From positions 186,001-250,000 of the IMG/VR virus record IMGVR_UViG_3300042879_006196: a DNA stretch of 64,000 nt; one strand, written 5' to 3'. A program made the translations under genes and the position numbers. How positions within the stretch are numbered: position 1 is the first letter of the stretch; every line of letters begins with the position of its first letter. The notes under the pieces were generated by a model. It had not been told where the DNA came from and did not search any database. It saw nothing but the letters and a program-made list of their open reading frames with translations. Of the stretch, positions 23,501-31,034 are shown piece after piece.

Positions 23501-26500
23501 TAGTTCAGTAAGTGGCTTGTTCTTAAATCCACTGTTAATTTCAAGTTTTTCGACAGCTTATGTATGGAATGACATTGCAACATTGTCTCCTAATTATACT
23601 ATAGGAGGTCTAGGGGCAACAGTGATTGGCACTGTTGTGCTTAATTCTTATGTAGCCACAGGTGTTCAAACTATTCTTGTAAGAGCAAGCAATGTAACCA
23701 CTCCTATAAGAATTTATGGTCAATCTTCTTCATCGGAAATTATAGGCTTAGCAACAGTATATACAGGTAGCAACACTACAAGTATTAATTTTGGGGCAAA
23801 TTTTGTTTCTGTAAATACATCAGAGCCAATTACAGCTAGAATAATTTCTTCTGGTAGTGGTGTAGCAACAACGCCTATCAATGTTTACACCTATCCATCT
23901 TACAGTGCAATTTTCTATCCTGTTTACAGTGGTCGAGAAAACTATTTTGCACTTTCTGTTGGAACAAGTTTGCCAGTGAGCATTGGTTTTGCTGTAACTT
24001 TTAATAGTGGAGCTGGAATTGCTATAACAGCCACTCTTTTTGCGCAACAAAATCAAGTGTTGGCAAGCGTAAATCTTGGAACATTTAACACAGATAAGGT
24101 AATTTTAGCAGAAGTTGTGGCTTTAGGCTCAATGCAAACCTATTATGTGACAGGATATGCAAAAACAGGGGACGTTTTTGGTATGGGCTACAATTACTAC
24201 GGGGAACTTTCATATAATTATCCTGTTTTAGGTCCAACAAATGGTTCGGCAGATAAGATTGCAATGAATCTTGGAAACATTGTTAAAACTGTATCAGGCT
24301 ATCATCATAATTTAGCTCTTGATTCATATGGATATGTTTATGGTATTGGTTATAATGCATATAATCAAATAGATTCTACTGGTATATCCACAAATGCTTT
24401 CAAACTCATCAACACAAATAACACATATGTCAGAGACATTTTTGCTCAAGGTAACTCTTCTTACTTTATAACTGCCGATAACAAACTATATGGTTTTGGA
24501 GAAAATAATTCATATAGTTTGGGTACTTCAGGGTTTGCAAGCACAAGTGCTCCTTATCTTATAGCTTCTAATGTTGTTTTAGCTAGTATTATTTATGATA
24601 GAGGTGCTTACGTAACCTATGACAACAGGCAAGGAATACAATCAGTGTATGAGTTTGGTAATGGAGCAGCTGGAATAACAAGTAAGCCCATCACTACATT
24701 GACAGATCAAGGCGTAACAATTCCCATTAGTAATTTGAGAATTTCAAATATTGATAATGGTCAGTATCATACAGTGGCGTGTGGCATATGGTCAAATCAA
24801 ACTTTAGGTTTTTCTTCTAGTGGTGTTTTTGCTTGGGGAAGCAATGCATATTATCAAATAGGAACTTCTATTTCTATTGGCTATATAACAGTGCCTAATA
24901 TTCTTCATAGATTTACCCAAGGAGGGGTTGATCATGTTACACAATCTAATAACATTTACGCTGTTGATAGATTATCTGGTGTTGTTGAAAGTTATATACC
25001 TCAGGATCAATACTTTGTAGGCTCTGTAACAATGAATACTCAAGGAATTGGATATACAGCAGGAGCAACTGTAACGTTTTCTGCTCCTCCTGTAACCCCA
25101 TCTTCCGTTACAGCAACAGGTTACGCAGTCACTAACGCGATTGGAATTGTTTCATCAGTCCTAATTACTAATCAAGGAGCAGGTTATAATCTTGGAGCAG
25201 CTGTTACGTTTTCTCCTCCACCAGCAGGAATAAATACTCGAAATGCTACTGGTACTGTTATTGTAAGCGCCAATAAAGTGGATTCAATTGTTATCACTGA
25301 TTCTGGTAATGGTTATACTGAAGCCCCAACAGTATTTATTTCACCAATAGCTGGTGGCTCAGGAGCGGCAGGAATTTCTTCAATGGCGTATAGCCAAATC
25401 ACACAAATTATCGTCAGCAATTCTGGTTTTGGTTATACAAACGCTCCAACAATAACAATTTCGTCTGTTGTGGGTTCAGGTGCAACAGCCACAGCAAATA
25501 TCGAAACTATTGCTGAGCCAATTAACATTATTTATCAAGTTGGAGTCAGCGTGACTTCGAACGCTACTGGATTTGGTTTAGCTCAAACATCTATCGCTGC
25601 TCCTTTATATGTAACAATACCTCAAGTATTACAGCGTATTTCTAAAAACTCTCAACATTTTGTTTGGACTATGCAATCTGGTTTAGTTTATGTCTCAGGC
25701 GGATCAGTGGGTCCGATACCTCTTACACAGTTAACAACCACATTTACACAATCTGTTAGGCTGTTTGCACAAAATGAACCTCTCTCTACAAATGAACTTT
25801 ATAGTTATGTGTGGTCAGCTGGCTCAAACATAACAATTTCACTATTTGCTGGGGAAATTGTTCAAACTCTGAGTCAAGTTCCTGTAAAAATCAGTAGCCA
25901 AAACCAATGGGGTCCAACTAGTAACAATGAGTGGGGCTGGGCTTTAACACTCAAAACTGATGGTTCAATCGATTTCTTTAGACAACACCCAACGATTGTT
26001 CCTAAGTATGTTCAGAATTATCTACAAAATATTTATGGAAATACTTTTGTTGATGTTTGTGCTACAAGCTATTTCAAGCCTACTAGACTTTATGGTGATT
26101 CAAACTATGCACCTGTAGCTCTTTCTTATTCAGGAGGCAACGTATTTGTTATAAGAACTCAAGGCGTAAGCAGTTACAATGTTTACCTTTCTAAGGCATC
26201 ATCTGTTGCCCCTGTCCTAATTGATTCTGGCTATTTAAGTTATGAATATGCTAGTTTAAGAACTTATGCAAACTTCGCTGTGGCATACGCTGATGGTACA
26301 ATTGAGCTTTATGTCCAAACATCTTTTGGGTTTGGTCATAGCCTTCTCACTTCTTGGAATCCAGATGGATCTCAGATTTCTATTTTAAAGAGTTTAATTA
26401 ATGCAACCACTGATACGATTGTAAATGTTACATCTTCAAGTTCAAATTTTGTGTATCTTTATGTTGGAACGCAAAATAGATTACTAAATTGTTATTATGC

Positions 26501-26975
26501 ATGGAATACCAGCTTCTCGGCTTTAGGCTCTTCTGCTTCACCAACATTATTGAATTCTGTAACAATAAGTTCAGTGTATGGATATGTAAAATATATTGAA
26601 TCATTTGTTGATGGCGTAATAATTGCTGCAACATCAAATAATTATCTGTTAGTCATGGGTGCAACGAATTTAGTTGTTTTTGGCGCAACACTTGTCCCTG
26701 GTGAGATCACATCTATTACGTCAAGTTATCCTGAATACGGAGTAGCTCCATCTGGTAAACCAACTATTTTTGTTACAACTACATATAATGTTTATGCATA
26801 TGAAATTAATATCACGCCAAACTATGAAATAGGTTTGAATTATTATAACATCACTGGAGACTATCAGCTTATGACTCAGAATGGATTCCAAACTGGATCT
26901 CCAGTTACAAATATCATAAACACATCAACAAATGATACATTCACGCTTTTATTGCGCGAACCAACAAGTTCTTAA
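14559..26975 (+). CDS. Giant virion/tail-fibre-like protein, 4138 aa (discoidin-like, Ig-like, GxGY tail repeats, RCC1-like repeats)
   Basis: Uninterrupted 12.4-kb ORF. Discoidin-like YDFG..YSVEVSDDFINW..RYARVR (~16820-17080); Ig-like IDNVAPT / VDTQGP; about 11 repeats of the type SI.vt..G.GYt.aPtvti (19940-20760, 25015-25505); RCC1-like VFGMGYNYYGEL, VYGIGYNAYNQI, LYGFGENNSYSLG, VFAWGSNAYYQIG (24168-24870). Confidence 0.8.
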   Translation: MSWNLQIVPKGLLLSRYIKNVILLNPNNVKNVENNPLILDQYQTYNAANNTANIVFQLAVYNTNPQNQASEPTITSINFIQISNDPLFNEVYYLIPAKFSQAYNLQTDYEVDLSAYSFTQTALPASQSVTFTESSGTGNISIKNWALSGSSGAKKVYFSINANLSDGTNATYPEGLDVYDEIIVCSSFISSPGVPQTLAKSKQNYSSSPLYFEADVASNSGINQIDDYGVASYFWDGLILKTTDNVYRNNYSQENIQLFNSISPKASNLNQEKLPVVFSTTLTTTNWSSSAYKKYITANAFTLTASDNVYFFECYVNNYSNTLNYVSGKSFFYEFNVVNSTGSTKYLRQQLVFDEQFNTLVIYISIDDTTWSSDSSYVPSALYKTITITNPDVIGQITQSGSFITFIELLDSANKILQSKIIFKPQNSTDSFVVSETLFTSNTFNLANAYGEFRFFLQNSTYTTVLESVQYGLCQGAISAAVMPNDKIITDYSSKVENSIYNFNDSAKLNTWFTISNSPASGVVNTTTSTVQLFNNQENDGINNLSAIEIQSSVPTFSVDSTLISRFRVSSANSAVLKTAYSFDSNLNYENFVFNDLLQTSSGVYLPQNNALYEYTTSLSWTGSSRFDLNVFNVGLGQTCSITTTKTNNLFFYSQSNNSGTLTPPTIIKTVSNISSTNIFNAWISTNGISTAFIVQSSLSVKNKGLVPITITSSAGLSTILPGQPFVNSISTNSLQPTQIIVSAPSSSISNSLNFLYDFGKIGTITDLSLKIQIATPPECPSTLPSFQYSVEVSDDFINWTFVSSLTATDTFYPSTGDLLLSFSDIDQENVRYARVRLYYNIAVTFDPRTIYRYSSLQGTISSSSSITNTGKLIFGFTDTSAKNSSLNQLYNQPTYLRKYVTNSSVVNGIIFDFSEYSTTIGGPVYLSLLTETEEKRFYTIANNFSLSTDYTFSFSVQRTNSDNAFHLKPFFTLSGGNLNELSLSLDDILTEPLDTQSLTFGFYPFISLIGNGNATVSYSVFRGTYNHGLSYQKDKTYFSLLSSENPDYTSQYGKNVIAQNTYGITTSAFPQIDTYFSNNSIKQFKYENVTFTVKAASTSPVGLYGQTYIDGIYLDFCDYVLVAGQVDKTTNGVYQVQSQRWVKQSALPSGSNLSEPTVLVSQGNIFENTLWMLDKTSSEWISNVISCPVVIEDNNLLFTGVSSSYKYPQYIKLACSVNGIASQSTSNQVQIKLANSPTEIIQETDQITQWVGLLQNGQLYNIQEKSNSNNTVFMNFGISSSQISGITTNSFPAVYNILTSYAGNFAPAISNNSDFVLPAYGSEYRIFKNASLIYQLFSTYDSVSLSSLSTAVVNSSVYALNFANLKSPQSGYSTDIFIDNVAPTIGIVSVLNDQTKSVTLGVSTALDAGSGLYIARIVQRNPSNELIYGSWFGFNTNSFYGLSTFTAYPSYVSNVNGISTGEPLSGYYRYSLQVADSVGNVAQTNQVESFYYESALVDTQGPGCSVQFVNSQTFEPISISSSTILTAQMFATDTLSQVKAFRYRILPDGEFGNWIDYNEYANIYLPENILDGTLSVQFQFKDFGNNVLYSNSTIINDQVYVYSWNIVSKLINNTLFTVTEVTKYNNNSVLLIGASKQNAATLFVWDNNKLIELQYSGFTGCKAVTALIKVGTQVLIGTDNGSIFTYRNGVVAGPFATLSWGDTPLPISKFEIHSYPEDNTSFVYATTLNIPRIFRTPTDSLRSTSWEVIQPPFISLEKINVLNSGLWSGTQISYTISSSYIPATLSPNYSYGISSVIVASSGSNLPSAPTITVGGPITNLGLQPVMQGSIGQIILIASGQGYSSGATVTIASPATGGSSVQATGVAVTNSLGQIVSIVLTAAGYGYTAQYPAVTITGNSGNGSQATATAITQFDSIYSVTVTSTGIATTSNITLTTSGGAVLIPTFLYRVPSITLTSPGFGYTSSPIVSINGLTTLASSVAQYGSIQSITVSEPDVEFPITLSPSISFIGGASTSFTASLSTTSISFSTGSTDSFLGFVLSSASITTSSVGFGTIPQIVFTGTGTTNIFLPQLEYVLSDDILLYTKSGSIYDIKSFDNKLFVSSSSGDIVEIGYSSGIFSAERHKLNVNSNTFSNIIPVNLAKYNDGISTNLYFSTKEEPYIGKLTKNLNSFIFDSYRDNILLFKPFNFDILSNWQLKKIINDNGFANVSYGDSNNSSVDITTFNAQAFYETTKENTWFNRCITNNDYLVLFDFQAVIGTQSFEISTFNSTLKVAFTVLNNTLQIAFGNNNYSTIEIDLSSNYNIYFAKSSQNLYIYNDSNLIYSEIGFFVTVSAQPVIKFGYIFEPQTVSANGDTLYIFGLPSNAESSQFIWRQIKFSFNSSTNVLPTDYYSLSLPYVMANSSSVRALRNINNSLFAATKSILDRRSTTNLPDVGTKVFRLDNDYWSDVTGNFDTYTASVSTSYVITSPNDINALDNSYFVTGLVKSIPTRQAANTIILGLTSNTIYEEQNGLILTIIYPYNIEPSGKFLFISSTNSNVTVPSSVFFSSSDQVQTVAVGIGSTSVNSNVTLTVTDGDISQSVTANILPIGISTLGFNTNLFVGYSQDSVIANIRLTSVPKTNRTILLSSNNSSVLAAPTNGIATITAGNIGIFTSFSVGTAVASNTSVTIAASYRSTFGIATVVASPFVLSLGVNTNTFVGNESTRKVFVTSSVQKSPIGVLTVNYTSSSSAILSIQPSAVISPASFSTTTQLTIGNAVTTNTQVNLTGRFTGSISTGISTATPFVVTTATTDLSSPVLGLQTSNVTFTINTTPLTNVSVRNIVSSPSFVNMVFPTFSTVLAGTLSTTFAISTTIQTSAGLAITIKGAPFGFNTSPTQGLILSSDVWKITGFSISPTSIVGNGLFANGIGQSYILNVSLNIGLQTTILITSSTGFVSTRNINFLTTSTGSASSIGYATGFSTSAITNVTITATGPNSISSSVSGLFLNPLLISSFSTAYVWNDIATLSPNYTIGGLGATVIGTVVLNSYVATGVQTILVRASNVTTPIRIYGQSSSSEIIGLATVYTGSNTTSINFGANFVSVNTSEPITARIISSGSGVATTPINVYTYPSYSAIFYPVYSGRENYFALSVGTSLPVSIGFAVTFNSGAGIAITATLFAQQNQVLASVNLGTFNTDKVILAEVVALGSMQTYYVTGYAKTGDVFGMGYNYYGELSYNYPVLGPTNGSADKIAMNLGNIVKTVSGYHHNLALDSYGYVYGIGYNAYNQIDSTGISTNAFKLINTNNTYVRDIFAQGNSSYFITADNKLYGFGENNSYSLGTSGFASTSAPYLIASNVVLASIIYDRGAYVTYDNRQGIQSVYEFGNGAAGITSKPITTLTDQGVTIPISNLRISNIDNGQYHTVACGIWSNQTLGFSSSGVFAWGSNAYYQIGTSISIGYITVPNILHRFTQGGVDHVTQSNNIYAVDRLSGVVESYIPQDQYFVGSVTMNTQGIGYTAGATVTFSAPPVTPSSVTATGYAVTNAIGIVSSVLITNQGAGYNLGAAVTFSPPPAGINTRNATGTVIVSANKVDSIVITDSGNGYTEAPTVFISPIAGGSGAAGISSMAYSQITQIIVSNSGFGYTNAPTITISSVVGSGATATANIETIAEPINIIYQVGVSVTSNATGFGLAQTSIAAPLYVTIPQVLQRISKNSQHFVWTMQSGLVYVSGGSVGPIPLTQLTTTFTQSVRLFAQNEPLSTNELYSYVWSAGSNITISLFAGEIVQTLSQVPVKISSQNQWGPTSNNEWGWALTLKTDGSIDFFRQHPTIVPKYVQNYLQNIYGNTFVDVCATSYFKPTRLYGDSNYAPVALSYSGGNVFVIRTQGVSSYNVYLSKASSVAPVLIDSGYLSYEYASLRTYANFAVAYADGTIELYVQTSFGFGHSLLTSWNPDGSQISILKSLINATTDTIVNVTSSSSNFVYLYVGTQNRLLNCYYAWNTSFSALGSSASPTLLNSVTISSVYGYVKYIESFVDGVIIAATSNNYLLVMGATNLVVFGATLVPGEITSITSSYPEYGVAPSGKPTIFVTTTYNVYAYEINITPNYEIGLNYYNITGDYQLMTQNGFQTGSPVTNIINTSTNDTFTLLLREPTSS

Positions 26976-27014
26976 TCTAGGCAAAACCAGTTTAGATCAA
27001 GAAAAATAGAATGA

Positions 27015-30000
27015 ATGTTCACCGCAGTTGCCTCAAATACAAGTTTAACAATTTATTTTCCAGCTACAATCACTGGTGTAAATACAAATCTGATTTATGT
27101 ATTTGATAATAATGTTTTTAGATCAATTTCATCGTATGGAATTGCTTCATCTCAAGTAAATTTTACTTTAAATAAATCTGTAACAGTGGGCGGAACTACC
27201 AAAATAAATCTTTATAGGGGTGGAATAAGTTCAGCAACAGGTTTGTTTACCACATCAGTGATATTTGCCACAAATTCAACAATATATGTTGATAATAATG
27301 AGCCATCATTAATTGAAATGATTGAACAAGGCAATTATAATTTTACCAGTTATGTTTATTCTAATTTTATCACTGGTATTTCTACAGAAGCTAATTTTCC
27401 ATCTGCTAACCTCACTTTGAAAAGACAACCACCGTCTGGTAAAATAACAATTAATGAGGGATATTTAGGGAGCATGAAAGTGCACAGATTTGCCGCATTA
27501 TCTTCAACAATATTTACAGTGAATGAAGCCAGTTTTTTTTATGCACCTAAAAACTTTGCGTTTGATTATAATGTTTTTGGAAATCAAACTTTATATTCAA
27601 TAACTTTAAGTTTTGCTCCAGCTAATGCTTTTGCAACAAATTCGAAAGGATATTTCACATTAAATGAAGATTATTTTGATTCACCTTCGCAAGTTGCGCT
27701 AGGAATTACAACAATTGTTGATTTAACAGGAATAACACAATCTGCTGTTAGATTTACTTTCACTGATCCAGTAGTGCTTTCTGAAGGAAAATATTGGTTT
27801 GTTTTCAAGCCCACTCCAAGTGCGAGTTTTGGCTCTGGAAATCAAATGCAATTAAAACAATCTGTAGCTGACAATTTATATACTACCACTTTCTTAGATT
27901 CAGATGATGGTGTTGTTTTTACTTCCACAGAATACAACGGTGTTGGTTTTACTGTTATTACAGAACGAGGAATTGTTTTGCCATCTGAAGACGCAATTTA
28001 TAATCAGTTGAATCAACCTCAAGCAGAAGAAGTGATTTATGGAGATGAGTCAAATTTAAATGTTTATGTATCTTTAGCAGTTCCGACATCTGCACACTCA
28101 ATAAAGAAAAATTTATTAGATGATTCACAGGTGTATGCAATCGAAACTCTCATTGACTCTTTAGGTCAAAATCAATACGAAGTGGTTGGAGTAAATTCAT
28201 CATATTATTCAATGATTGCAAATGCTTTGACACCAAACATTGTAAGATATGATTTTTACTCTCCTCAAAATATTTATCAAATTAACTTGAATAGCTTGGG
28301 GGATTATTACGCTAAAGGAAATCAAGGAACAGTGTTAGTGTCAGCTTCTGACTTTATTGGTTTGTCAACAATTGAAATTTCCACTTCTCCAAATTTTCCA
28401 TCTAGTGGTACCACTTCAATCACACTATCTGGCAATCCGCAGTTATATTTAGAAAATTTAGATTTTGATTTTGGTGATTTAGGCAAACAATTTGTAGCAG
28501 TGCAATACGAAACAGGTAATCCTATTCGAGCAATTTTTGCAGTGGCAATCAATGGGGTATTTAATTATCTTTTAATTTCTGATTCTGATCTTTATACATA
28601 TGATCAAACTACTATAACAAATGTCTACACCCTTTCTAATTCAATCTTTACCACATATTGTGTTGGAACAGAGGGCATTTTATTGGCAGACACAAATGGT
28701 GTAATTTATAATTTCAATAATAATGCCATCACAACCATTGGTAATGTTGCTAATATTCCTACAGCTTCATCTACGCAAACTACAAACTCATATATTGGTG
28801 TTTCTACTTTGTTAGACACATCTTCAGCGCAAAGTAGAAAAAGAATCTATAAACTTAATAACAATACATTATCTCACTTGTCGTGGTCTACACAAATTCC
28901 AGAACCTGAAATTACATTTATTTATTCCACATCATTTGGATTAATTATTGGTGCTTTTGAACAAAACAGATCTGTTGGTAAAATATACATTTACTACAAT
29001 TCTATCCTCACGCTCCAGTATCAAACTTATCTCAGACCTGATGTTGCTTTCTTTTCAACTACAACAAATAAACTTTATGTAGCGTTTGCTGGTTCTCAAA
29101 TTTTATATGCTTCTTACAGCTCAAATAAACTTGGTAATTTTGAAGATTCAGGTGTTCCAGTTTCAGGAACAGTTGCAAAACAACTTACTGCAACTAAAGA
29201 CTCTGGATATATTTCAGTGATAACAGATTTTTCAGCTTATATTTTCAATGAAACTAATTACACAGCTTCTCAGATTACTTCACCAGGTTACTCATCTGAT
29301 GACCAGAGGGGATTGTTAGTTAGCGTAGAAAATCAAAATCTTAACCTTTCTTATTATAAATCAAGCTACAAAACACAATCTTTTAGCAATGTACAATTTG
29401 ATCCTCTTTTAAATGGATATACATCAGCATTTGTTTACAACGCAAATGGATATATAGTTTTTGATACAATCTCAACTAGTTACACCACTGATTTCTTTTT
29501 GCAGTATCCTAATAATTCTTCCATTCAATACATAAAATTTGATGGGCAAAATTTAAGTTTAGACAATAACACATTTACTCAAACCTTTGAGCCATCTATT
29601 CCAAGACAATTCTCATTTGAAATAGTTGGATTAGCTGTAACAGGCATTGGAACAATTGCGCTCTACAATGGGCTTAATTCTTCCTCTCCTGTGGTGGGGC
29701 TATCAAGCTTTGTTGCACCAAAAACAATAAACTGGTATTACAGAACAGGCGCAGAATATGATGTTTATGGTTTTGCAGATGGTTCTTTAAGAGAAGCAAA
29801 TACTACAGATTTGTCTTCAAACCAATTTAAAGTATATGCTCGATTTTCTGATGTTTTTGGTAACAGAAGTGGTGCTTCCCAGCTTGCCACTGATATTATT
29901 TATAATCAAATTCAACAACAAGCAAACAATCAAGCATTGCCTTCAGGCAAAATATTAGAAATCAATCCTGCAACTACCATGAATGGTGTTACACAATTTG

Positions 30001-31034
30001 TCCCACAATCGGGGACAAATAATTTCATTTATTCAGGTTCAAGAATTGTTAGATCCACTGGAGTATTTGAATCAGATCCTTATTATGCATCTGACGTAGT
30101 TGCGTGGGGTCAATTGCAATTATTAGCAATTATTCCAGGAGTAGCAAGCAGTGGTGAGCATGGCACTTCTGTCACTCTATATGTTAAAACAGGCACAACA
30201 CTATCTAATCTTCAATCAAACTTGTATACCAACTCATACACGGTAAGCACAATTAATAATGGCAACGATTATAGCGCCTCTGTTACATCAATATTAGCAA
30301 ACATTTCAAGTTTGTCAGGTAGATGGATACAATTTAAAATAGAACTTGTTTCTGCATCTGCCAATGTTACACCAGAAGTGAGAAGTGCACTTCTTACCTA
30401 TACTGGTGCTGGAAAATCTGTATTTGTAACTAAAACATATAACACAGCCACACAATCTACTATAAATCCAACACCTAAAATAAGGCGCGGTATTTTAACA
30501 GCTAACTTTGTAACTAATGGAGGCGAATTGGTATTTGGGTATACAACAGATCCAAATGATGGCAATCCTGCAAATTACACAGTTATCACACCCAACCAAA
30601 TTTTCACATTGCCTTCACCATCTTCGACAATTAAATTCGGTGTCATCCTAAAAACTGCCACTGATAACCCAGCTTTCTTAGATGAATTTGCTGTTCAGCT
30701 TGACCTTGGTCCTAATGATGTTTATTTTATGCCACCGCAGGCTTCATTTGAAATTGCACAATATCTGGATCCTGTAACAGGTATTGCAGTGACGAAAACA
30801 TATCAATTTGTTAATAAAACTATTGGAATTGTATCAAGTTACAACTGGAGTTTTGGAACATCTTCATTTACAATCATCAATGGAACAATTTCCACAATAT
30901 ATAATGCACAAAATCCAATAATTGGTTTTGCTAATTCAGGACCATTCACTGTAGGTTTATTTGTTACAGGTTGGGTAGAAAATAATATCGTCTTCAATTC
31001 AGAACTTTACACTAAATCATTCATAGCAACATAA
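27015..31034 (+). CDS. Virion protein with beta-propeller-like region and C-terminal PKD-like domain, 1339 aa
   Basis: C-terminal ASFEI..YQFVNKTIGIVSSYNWSFG..NP...FANSGPFTVGLFV is PKD-like; shares a GR[YW]I domain with the neighbouring giant ORFs. Confidence 0.7.
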   Translation: MFTAVASNTSLTIYFPATITGVNTNLIYVFDNNVFRSISSYGIASSQVNFTLNKSVTVGGTTKINLYRGGISSATGLFTTSVIFATNSTIYVDNNEPSLIEMIEQGNYNFTSYVYSNFITGISTEANFPSANLTLKRQPPSGKITINEGYLGSMKVHRFAALSSTIFTVNEASFFYAPKNFAFDYNVFGNQTLYSITLSFAPANAFATNSKGYFTLNEDYFDSPSQVALGITTIVDLTGITQSAVRFTFTDPVVLSEGKYWFVFKPTPSASFGSGNQMQLKQSVADNLYTTTFLDSDDGVVFTSTEYNGVGFTVITERGIVLPSEDAIYNQLNQPQAEEVIYGDESNLNVYVSLAVPTSAHSIKKNLLDDSQVYAIETLIDSLGQNQYEVVGVNSSYYSMIANALTPNIVRYDFYSPQNIYQINLNSLGDYYAKGNQGTVLVSASDFIGLSTIEISTSPNFPSSGTTSITLSGNPQLYLENLDFDFGDLGKQFVAVQYETGNPIRAIFAVAINGVFNYLLISDSDLYTYDQTTITNVYTLSNSIFTTYCVGTEGILLADTNGVIYNFNNNAITTIGNVANIPTASSTQTTNSYIGVSTLLDTSSAQSRKRIYKLNNNTLSHLSWSTQIPEPEITFIYSTSFGLIIGAFEQNRSVGKIYIYYNSILTLQYQTYLRPDVAFFSTTTNKLYVAFAGSQILYASYSSNKLGNFEDSGVPVSGTVAKQLTATKDSGYISVITDFSAYIFNETNYTASQITSPGYSSDDQRGLLVSVENQNLNLSYYKSSYKTQSFSNVQFDPLLNGYTSAFVYNANGYIVFDTISTSYTTDFFLQYPNNSSIQYIKFDGQNLSLDNNTFTQTFEPSIPRQFSFEIVGLAVTGIGTIALYNGLNSSSPVVGLSSFVAPKTINWYYRTGAEYDVYGFADGSLREANTTDLSSNQFKVYARFSDVFGNRSGASQLATDIIYNQIQQQANNQALPSGKILEINPATTMNGVTQFVPQSGTNNFIYSGSRIVRSTGVFESDPYYASDVVAWGQLQLLAIIPGVASSGEHGTSVTLYVKTGTTLSNLQSNLYTNSYTVSTINNGNDYSASVTSILANISSLSGRWIQFKIELVSASANVTPEVRSALLTYTGAGKSVFVTKTYNTATQSTINPTPKIRRGILTANFVTNGGELVFGYTTDPNDGNPANYTVITPNQIFTLPSPSSTIKFGVILKTATDNPAFLDEFAVQLDLGPNDVYFMPPQASFEIAQYLDPVTGIAVTKTYQFVNKTIGIVSSYNWSFGTSSFTIINGTISTIYNAQNPIIGFANSGPFTVGLFVTGWVENNIVFNSELYTKSFIAT

